A DNA stretch of 64,000 nt from Eledone cirrhosa (taxonomy: Eukaryota): NCBI GenBank assembly GCA_964016885.1, contig OZ024755.1, forward strand, positions 32,116,001 through 32,180,000, in the 5' to 3' direction. Every line of letters begins with the position of its first letter. Positions within the stretch are counted from its first letter, which is position 1. Positions 53,901 through 64,000 of the stretch are shown piece by piece. The notes under the pieces are model-generated. The model was given only the letters and a program-made list of their open reading frames with translations, ran no database searches and was not told the origin of the DNA. A program made the translations under genes and the position numbers.

Positions 53901-54961
53901 CACTTCATCTCTAACGGCTGTTCTAGCGATGAATTTTCTTATTTTTATATGTATTCAATCAACTGCACTCTCACTTCATCTTTATTGGCTGTTCTAGCGA
54001 GGAGTTTTCTTATTTTTATATGTATTCAATAAACTGCGCTCTCACTTCATCTTTATTGGCTGTTCTAGCGATGAATTTTCTTATTTTTATATGTATTCAA
54101 TTAACTGCACTCTCACTTCATCTTTATTTGGTGTTCTAGCGAGGAGTTTTCTTATTTTTATATGTATTCTATCAACTGCACTCTCACTTCATCTTTATTG
54201 GCTGTTCTAGCGAGGAGTTTTCTTATTTTTATATGTATTCAATCAACTGCACTCTCACTTCATCTCTAACGGCTGTTCTAGCGATGAATTTTCTTATTTT
54301 TATATGTATTCAATCAACTGCACTCTCCCTTCATCTTTATTGGCTGTTCTAGCAAGACGTTTTCTTATTTTTATATGTATTCTATCAACTGCACTCTCAC
54401 TTCATCTTTATTGGCTGTTCTAGCGAGGAGTTTTCTTATTTTTATATGTATTCAATCAACTGCACTCTCACTTCATCTCTAACGGCTGTTCTAGCGATGA
54501 ATTTTCTTATTTTTATACGTATTCATTCAACTGCACTCTCACTTCATCTTTATTGGCTGTTCTAGCGAGGAGTTTTCTTATTTTTATATGTATTCAATAA
54601 ACTGCGCTCTCACTTCATCTTTATTGGCTGTTCTAGAGAGGAGTTTTCTTATTTTTATATGTATTCTATCAACTGCACTCTCACTTCATCTTTATTGGCT
54701 GTTCTAGCGAGGAGTTTTCTTATTTTTATATGTATTCTATCAACTGCACTCTCACTTCATCTTTATTGGCTGTTCTAGCGAGGAGTTTTCTTATTTTTAT
54801 ATGTATTCAATCAACTGCACTCTCACTTCATCTTTATTGGCTGTTCTAGCGAGGAGTTTTCTTATTTTTATATGTATTCAATAAACTGCACTCTCACTTC
54901 ATCTTTAACGGCTGTTCTAGCAAGGAGTTTTCTTATTTTTATATGTATTATATCAACTGCA
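41990..54961 (+). repeat. 71-bp satellite, forward block (~180 monomers)
   Basis: Monomer TATTCAATCAACTGCACTCTCACTTCATCTTTATTGGCTGTTCTAGCGAGGAGTTTTCTTATTTTTATATG. Confidence 0.97.
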
Positions 54962-54972
54962 CCCTCATAAGA

Positions 54973-57900
54973 TGCACTTGATTGAATACATATAAAAATA
55001 AGAAAACTCCTCGCTAGAACAGCCAATAAAGATGAAGTGAGAGTGCAGTTGATTGAATACATATAAAAATAAGAAAACACCTCGCTAGAACAGCCAATAA
55101 AGATAAAGTGAGAGTGCAGTTGATTGAATACATATAAAAATAAGAAAACACCTCGCTAGAACAGCCAATAAAGATGAAGTGAGAGTGCAGTTGATTGAAT
55201 ACATGTAAAAATAAGAAAACTCCTCGCTAGAACAGCCAATAAAGATGAAGTGAGAGTGCAGTTGATTGAATACATATAAAAATAAGAAAACACCTCGCTA
55301 GAACAGCCAATAAAGATGAAGTGAGAGTGCAGTTGATTGAATACATACAAAAATAAGAAAACTCCTCGCTAGAACAGCCAATAAAGATGAAGTGAGAGTG
55401 CAGTTGATTGAATACATAAAAAATGAGAAAATTCATTGCTAGAACAGGTAATAAAGATGAAGTGAGAGTGCAGTTGATAGAATGCATATAAAAATAAGAA
55501 AACGCCTCGCTAGAACAGCCAATAAAGATGAAGTGAGAGTGCAGTTGATTGAATACATAAAAAATGAGAAAATTCATTGCTAGGACAGGCAATTTAGATG
55601 AAGTGAGAGTGCAGTTGATAGAATACATTTAAAAATAAGAAAATTCATCGCTAGAACAGCCAATAAAGATGAAGTGAGAGGCAGTTGATTGAATACATAT
55701 AAAAATAAAAAAACTCCTCGCTAGAACAGCCAATAAAGATGATGTGAGAGTGCAGTTGATTGAATAGATATAAAAATGAGAAAATTCATTGCTAGAACAG
55801 CCAATAAAGATGAAGTGAGAGTGCAGTTGATTGAATAGATATAAAAATGAGAAAATTCATTGCTAGAACAGCCAATAAAGATGAAGTGAGAGTGCAGTTG
55901 ATTGAATACATATAAAAATAACAAAATTCATTGCTGGAACAACCAATAAAGATGAAGTGAGAGTGCAGTTGATTGAATACATATATAAATAAGAAAACTC
56001 CTTGCTAGAACAGCCAATAAAGATGAAGTGAGAGTGCAGTTAATTGAATACATATAAAAATAAGAAAACTCCTCGCTAGAACAGCCAATAAAGATGAAGT
56101 GAGAGTGCAGTTGATTGAATACATATAAAAATAAGAAAATTCATTGCTAGAACAGCCGTTGAAGATGAAGTGAGATTGCAGTTGATTGAATACATATAAA
56201 AATAAGAAAACTCTTCGCTAGAACAGCCAATAAAGATGAAGTGAGAGTGCAGTTGATTGAATACATAAAAAATGAGAAAATTCATTGCTACAACAGGCAA
56301 TAAAGATGAAGTGAGAGTGCAGTTCATTGAATACATATAAAAATAAGAAAACGCCTCGCTAGAACAGCCGTTAAAGAGGAAGTGAGAGTGCAGTTGATTG
56401 AATACATATAAAAATAAGAAAACTCCTCGCTATAACAGCCAATAAAAATGAAGTGAGAGTGCAGTTGATTGAATACATATAAAAATAAGAAAATTCATTG
56501 CTAGAACAGCCAATAAAGATGAAGTAAGAGTGCAGTTGATTGAATACATATAAAAATAAGAAAACGCCTCGCTAGAACAGCCAATAAAGATGAAGTGAGA
56601 GTGCAGTTGATTGAATACATATAAAAATAGAAAATTCATTGCTAGGACAGGCAATTTAGATGAAGTGAGAGTGCAGTTGATAGAATACATTTAAAAATAA
56701 GAAAATTCATCGCTAGAACAGCCAATAAAGATGAAGTGAGAGTGTAGTTGATTGAATACATATAACAATAAGAAAACGTCTTGCTAGAACAGCCAATAAA
56801 GATGAAGTGAGAGTGCAGTTGATTGAATACATATAAAAATAAGAAAACTCCTCGCTAGAACAGCCAATAAAGATGAAGTCAGAGTGCAGTTGATTGAATA
56901 CATATAAAATTAAGAAAACTCCTCGCTAGAACAGCCAATAAAAATGAAGTGAGAGTGCAGTTGATTGAATACATATAAAAATAAGAAAACTCCTCGCTAG
57001 AACAGCCAATAAAAATTAAGTGAGAGTGCAGTTGATTGAATACATATAAAAATAAGAAAACACATCTCTAGAACAGCCAATAAAGATGAAGTGAGAGTGC
57101 AGTTGATTGAATACATATAAAAATAAGAAATTTAATTGCTAGAACAGCCAATAAAGATGAAGTGAGAGTGCAGTTGATTGAATACATATAAAAATAAGAA
57201 AATTCATTGCTACAAGAACCGTTAAAAATGAAGTGAGAGTGCAGTTGATTGAATACATATAAAAATAAGAAAACTCCTTGCTAGAACTGCCAATAAAGAT
57301 GAAGTGAGAGTGCAGTTGATTGAATACATATAAAAATAAGAAAACTCCTCGCTAGAACAGCCAATAAAGATGAAGTGAGAGTGCAGTTGATTGAATACAT
57401 ATAAAAATAAGAAAACACCTCGCTAGAACAGCCAATAAAGATGAAGTGAGAGTGCAGTTGATTGAATACATAAAAAATGTGAAAATTCATTGCTAGAACA
57501 GGCAATAAAGATGAAGTGAGAGTGCAGTTGATTGAATGCATATAAAAATAAGAAAACGCCTCGCTAGAACAGCCAATAAAGATGAAGTGACAGTGCAGTT
57601 GATTGAATACATAAAAAATGAGAAAATTCATCGCTAGAACAGCCAATAAAGATGAAGTGAGAGTGCAGTTGATTGAATACATATAAAAATAAAAAAACTC
57701 CTCGCTAGAACAGCCAATAAAGATGAAGTGAGAGTGCAGTTGATTGAATAGATATAAAAATGAGAAAATTCATTGCTAGAACAGCCAATAAAGATGAAGT
57801 GAGAGTGTAGTTGATTGAATACATATAACAATAAGAAAACGTCTTGCTAGAACAGCCAATAAAGATGAAGTGAGAGTGCAGTTGATTGAATACATATAAA

Positions 57901-60900
57901 AATAAGAAAACTCCTCGCTAGAACAGCCAATAAAGATGAAGTCAGAGTGCAGTTGATTGAATACATATAAAATTAAGAAAACTCCTCGCTAGAACAGCCA
58001 ATAAAAATGAAGTGAGAGTGCAGTTGATTGAATACATATAAAAATAAGAAAACTCCTCGCTAGAACAGCCAATAAAAATTAAGTGAGAGTGCAGTTGATT
58101 GAATACATATAAAAATAAGAAAACACATCTCTAGAACAGCCAATAAAGATGAAGTGAGAGTGCAGTTGATTGAATACATATAAAAATAAGAAATTTAATT
58201 GCTAGAACAGCCAATAAAGATGAAGTGAGAGTGCAGTTGATTGAATACATATAAAAATAAGAAAATTCATTGCTACAAGAACCGTTAAAAATGAAGTGAG
58301 AGTGCAGTTGATTGAATACATATAAAAATAAGAAAACTCCTTGCTAGAACTGCCAATAAAGATGAAGTGAGAGTGCAGTTGATTGAATACATATAAAAAT
58401 AAGAAAACTCCTCGCTAGAACAGCCAATAAAGATGAAGTGAGAGTGCAGTTGATTGAATACATATAAAAATAAGAAAACACCTCGCTAGAACAGCCAATA
58501 AAGATGAAGTGAGAGTGCAGTTGATTGAATACATAAAAAATGTGAAAATTCATTGCTAGAACAGGCAATAAAGATGAAGTGAGAGTGCAGTTGATTGAAT
58601 GCATATAAAAATAAGAAAACGCCTCGCTAGAACAGCCAATAAAGATGAAGTGACAGTGCAGTTGATTGAATACATAAAAAATGAGAAAATTCATCGCTAG
58701 AACAGCCAATAAAGATGAAGTGAGAGTGCAGTTGATTGAATACATATAAAAATAAAAAAACTCCTCGCTAGAACAGCCAATAAAGATGAAGTGAGAGTGC
58801 AGTTGATTGAATAGATATAAAAATGAGAAAATTCATTGCTAGAACAGCCAATAAAGATGAAGTGAGAGTGCAGTTGATTGAATAGATATAAAAATGAGAA
58901 AATTCATTGCTAGAACAGCGAATAAAGATGAAGTGAGAGTGCAGTTGATTGAATACATATAAAAATAACAATATTCATTGCTGGAACAACCAATAAAGAT
59001 GAAGTGAGAGTGCAGTTGATTGAATACATATATAAATAAGAAAACTCCTTGCTAGAACAGCCAATAAAGATGAAGTGAGAGTGCAGTTGATTGAATACAT
59101 GTAAAAATAAGAAAATTCATTGTTAGAACAGGCAATAAAGATGAAATAAGAGTGCAGTTGATTGAATAGATATAAAAATGAGAAAACACCTTGCTACAAC
59201 AGCCAATAAAGATGCAGTGAGAGTGCAGTTGATTGAATACATATATAAATAAGATAACTCCTGACTAGAACAGCCAATAAAGATGAAGTGAGAGTGCAGT
59301 TGATTGAATACATATAAAAATAAGAAAACTCCTCGCTAGAACAGCCAATAAAGATGAAGTGAGAGTGCAGTTGATTGAATACATATAAAAATAACAAAAT
59401 TCATTGCTGGAACAACCAATAAAGATGAAGTGAGAGTGCAGTTGATTGAATACATATATAAATAAGAAAACTCCTTGCTAGAACAGCCAATAAAGATGAA
59501 GTGAGAGTGCAGTTAATTGAATACATATAAAAATAAGAAAACACCTCGCTAGAACAGCCAATAAAGATGAAGTGAGAGTGCAGTTGATTGAATACATATA
59601 AAAATAAGAAAATTCATTGCTAGAACAGCCGTTGAAGATGAAGTGAGATTGCAGTTGATTGAATACATATAAAAATAAGAAAACTCTTCGCTAGAACAGC
59701 CAATAAAGATGAAGTGAGAGTGCAGTTGATTGAATACATAAAAAATGAGAAAATTCATTGCTAGAACAGGCAATAAAGATGAAGTGAGAGTGCAGTTGAT
59801 TGAATACATATAAAAATAAGAAAACGCCTCGCTAGAACAGCCGTTAAAGAGGAAGTGAGAGTGCAGTTGATTGAATACATATAAAAATAAGAAAACTCCT
59901 CGCTAGAACAGCCAATAAAAATGAAGTGAGAGTGCAGTTGTTTGAATACATATAAAAATAAGAAAATTCATTGCTAGAACAGCCAATAAAGATGAAGTAA
60001 GAGTGCAGTTGATTGAATACATATAAAAATAAGAAAACGCCTCGCTAGAACAGCCAATAAAGATGAAGTGAGAGTGCAGTTGATTGAATACATATAAAAT
60101 TAAGAAAACTCCTCGCTAGAACAGCCAATAAAAATGAAGTGAGAGTGCAGTTGATTGAATACATATAAAAATAAGAAAACTCCTCGCTAGAACAGCCAAT
60201 AAAGACGAAGTCAGAGTGCAGTTGATTGAATACATATAAAATTAAGAAAACTCCTTGCTAGAACAGCCAATAAAAATGAAGTGAGAGTGCAGTTGATTGA
60301 ATACATATAAAAATAAGAAAATTCATTGCTAGGACAGGCAATTTAGATGAAGTGAGAGTGCAGTTGATAGAATACATTTAAAAATAAGAAAATTCATCGC
60401 TAGAACAGCCAATAAAGTTGAAGTGAGAGTGTAGTTGATTGAATACATATAAAAATGAGAAAATTCATTTCTAGAACAGCCAATAAAGATGAAGTGAGTG
60501 CTCAGTTGATTGAATACATATAAAAATATGAAAATTCCTTGCTAGAACAGACAATAAAGATGAAGTGAGAGTGCAGTTGATTGAATACATATAAAAATAA
60601 GAAAACGCCTCGCTCGAACAGCCAATAAAGATGAAGTGAGAGTGCAGTTGATTGAATACATATAAAAATAAGAAAACGCCTCGCTAGAACAGCCAATAAA
60701 GATGAAGTGAGAGTGCAGTTGATTGAATACATATAAAAATAAGAAAACGTCTTGCTAGAACAGCCAATAAAGATGAAGTGAGAGTGCAGTTGATTGAATA
60801 CATAAAAAATAAGAAAACTCCTCGCTAGAACAGCCAATAAAGACGAAGTCAGAGTGCAGTTGATTGAATACATATAAAATTAAGAAAACTCCTCGCTAGA

Positions 60901-61973
60901 ACAGCCAATAAAAATGAAGTGAGAGTGCAGTTGATTGAATACATATAAAAATAAGAAAACTCCTCGCTAGAACAGCCAATAAAGACGAAGTCAGAGTGCA
61001 GTTGATTGAATACATATAAAATTAAGAAAACTCCTTGCTAGAACAGCCAATAAAAATGAAGTGAGAGTGCAGTTGATTGAATACATATAAAAATAAGAAA
61101 ACACATCTCTAGAACAGCCAATAAAGATGAAGTGAGAGCGCAGTTGATTGAATACATATAAAAATAAGAAATTTAATTGCTAGAACAGCCAATAAAGATG
61201 AAGTGAGTGTGCAGTTGATTGAATACATATAAAAATAAGAAAATTCATTGCTAGAAGAGCCGTTAAAAATGAAGTGAGAGTGCAGTTGATTGAATACATA
61301 TAAAAATAAGAAAATTCATTGCTAGAACAGCCAATAAAGATGAAGTGAGAGTGCAGTTGATTGAATACATATAAAAATAAGAAATTTAATTGCTAGAACA
61401 GCCAATAAATATGAAGTGAGAGTGCAGTTGATTGAATACATATAAAAATAAGAAAACTCCTTGCTAGAACTGCCAATAAAGATGAAGTGAGAGTGCAGTT
61501 GATTGAATACATATAAAAATAAGAAAATTCATTGCTAGAACAGCCAATAAAGATGAAGTGAGAGTGCAGTTGATTGAATACATATAAAAATAAGAAAATT
61601 CATTGCTAGAACAGCCAATAAAGATTAAGTGAGAGTGCTGTTGATTGAATACATATAAAAATAAGAAAGTACCTCACTAGAACAGCCAATAAAGATGCAG
61701 TGAGAGTGCAGTTGATTGAATACATAAAAAATAAGAAAGTTCATTGCTAGAACAGGCAATTTAGATTAAGTGAGAGTGCAGTTGATAAAATACATATAAA
61801 AACAGGAAAATTCATTGCTAGAACAGCCAATAAATATGAAGTGAGAGTGCAGTTGATAGAATACATATAAAAATACGAAAACTCCTCGCTAGAACAGCCA
61901 ATAAAGATGAAGTGAGAGTGCAGTTGATTGAATACATATAATAATCAGAAAACACCTCGCTACAACAGCCAAT
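54973..61973 (-). repeat. 71-bp satellite, inverted block (~98 monomers)
   Basis: Reverse complement of the same monomer (…AGAACAGCCAATAAAGATGAAGTGAGAGTGCAGTTGATTGAATA…). Confidence 0.97.
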
Positions 61974-64000
61974 ATTCAATCAACTGCACTCTCACTTATT
62001 CAATCAAATGCACTCTCACTTCATCTTTATTGGCTGTTCTAGCGAGGTGTTTTCATTTTGTTACATGTATTCAATCAACTGCACTCTCACTTATTCAATC
62101 AACTGCACTCTCACTTCATCTTTATTGGCTGTTCTAGCGTAGTATTTTCTTATTTTTATATGTATTCAATCACCTGCACTCTCACTTCATCTTTATTGGC
62201 TGTTGTAGCGATAAACTTTCTTATTTTTATATGTAGTCAATCAACTGCACTCTCAGTTCATCTTTATTGGCTGTTCTAGCGAAGAGTTTTCTTATTTTTA
62301 TATGTATTCAATCAACTGCACTCTCACTTCATCTTTATTGGCTGTTCTAGCGAGGTGTTTTCTTATTTTTATATGTATTCAATCAACTGCACTCTCACTT
62401 CATCTTTATGGGCTGTTCTAGCAAGGAGTTTTCTTATTTTTAAATGTATTCTATCAACTGCACTCTTACTTCATCTTTATTGGATGTTCTAGCAAGGAGT
62501 TTTCTTATTTTTATATGTAATCAATCAACTGCACTCTCACTTCATCTTTATTGGCTGTTCTAGCGATAAATTTTCTTATTTTTAAATGTATTCAATCAAC
62601 TGCACTCTCCCTTCATCTTTATTGGCTGTTCTAGCGATAAATTTTCTTATTTTTATATGTATTCAATTAACTGCACTCTCACTTCATCTTTATTGGCTGT
62701 TCTAGCGAGGTGTTTTCTTATTTTTATATGTATTCAATCAACTGCACTCACACTTCATCTTTATTGGCTGTTCTAGCGAGGAGTTTTCTTATTTTTATAT
62801 CTATTCAATCAACTGCACTCTCACTTATTCAATCAAATGCACTCTCACCTCATCTTTATTGGCTGTTCTTGCGAGGAGTTTTCTTATTTTTATATGTATT
62901 CAATCAACTGCACTCTCACTTCTTCTTTATTGGCTGTTCTAGCGAGGTGTTTTCTTATTTTTAAATGTATTCAATCAACTGCACTCTCACTTCATCTTTA
63001 TTGGCTGTCCTAGCGAGGAGTTTTCTTATTTTTATATGTATTCAATCAACTGCACTCTCACTTCATCTTTATTGGCTGTTCTAGCGGGGAGTTTTCTTAT
63101 TTTTACATGTATTCAATCAACCGCACTCTCACTTCATCTTTATTGGCTGTTCTAGCGAGGAGTTTTCTCATTTTTATATGTATTCAATCAACTGCACTCT
63201 CACTTCATCTTTATTGGCTGTTCTAGCGAGGAGTTTTCTTATTTTTATATGTATTCAATCAACCGCACTCTCACTTCATCTTTATTGGCTGTTCTAGGGA
63301 GGAGTTTTCTTATTTTTATATGTATTCAATCAACTGCACTCTCACTTCATCTTTATTGGCTGTTCTAGCGAGGAGTTTTCTTATTTTTATATGTATTCAA
63401 TCAACTGCACTCTCACTTCATCTTTATTGGCTGCTCTAGCGAGGAGTTTTCTTATTATTATATGTATTCAATCAACTGCACTCTCACTTCATCTTTATTG
63501 GCTGTTCTAGCGAGGTGTTTTCTTATTTTTATATGTATTCAATCAACTGCACTCTCACTTCATCTTTATTGGCTGTTCTAGCGAGGAGTTTTCTTATTTT
63601 TATATTTATTCTATCAACTGAACTCTCACTTCATCTTTATTGGCTGTTCTAGCAAGGCGTTTTCTTATGTTTATATGTATTCAATCAACTGCACTCTCAC
63701 TTTATCTTTATTGGCTGTTCTAGCGAGGACTTTTTGTATGTATTCAATCAACTGCACTCTCACTTCATCTTTATTGGCTGTTCTAGTGATGAATTTTCTC
63801 ATTTTTATATGTATTCAATCAACTGCACTCTCACTTCTTCTTTATTGGCTGTTCTAGCGAGGTCTTTTCTTATTTTTATATGTATTCAATCAACTGCACT
63901 CTCACTTCATCTTTATTGGCTGATCTAGCGAAGAGTTTTCTTATTTTTATATGTATTCAATCAACTGCACTCTCACTTCATCGTTATTGGCTGTTCTAGC
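61973..64000 (+). repeat. 71-bp satellite, forward block resumed (runs off window)
   Basis: Forward monomers resume after the AATATT junction. Confidence 0.97.

Noticed and set aside
41906-63928. Many MYSINCTLTSS... ORFs
   Set aside because: Translations of a 71-bp satellite (period not divisible by 3); ORF length depends on chance single-base indels.
41990-64000. CRISPR array interpretation of either satellite
   Set aside because: No unique spacers (only a few recurring alleles), no cas genes, eukaryotic context.

Overview
This is AT-rich, repeat-dominated eukaryotic DNA, probably from a mollusc. The SINE and RTE tails resemble Octopus repeats as I recall them; this was not searched. No host protein-coding gene can be supported. 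(1) 1-~36,950 is a composite tandem array. An 82-bp satellite is interrupted by 24 same-orientation copies (23 complete) of a ~550-bp non-autonomous Helitron on the minus strand (5'-TC, GC hairpin, CTRR-3'). All copies sit at the same A^T site of the satellite, so one insertion was co-amplified with its host satellite through nested ~2.5-kb, 3.08-kb and ~10-kb duplications. The ~10-kb duplication also copied a 5'-truncated RTE-type LINE whose open RT ORF carries a C4HC3 PHD finger between RT motifs. (2) ~36,950-41,990 is a non-satellite island. It holds a piggyBac-like MITE and three relics, SINE/RTE-tail fragments, two strong hairpins and a GAT/GGT compound microsatellite. (3) ~41,990-64,000 is a 71-bp satellite of about 310 monomers with a short variable cassette. 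A ~7-kb block is inverted, and its left junction is a near-perfect fold-back palindrome.
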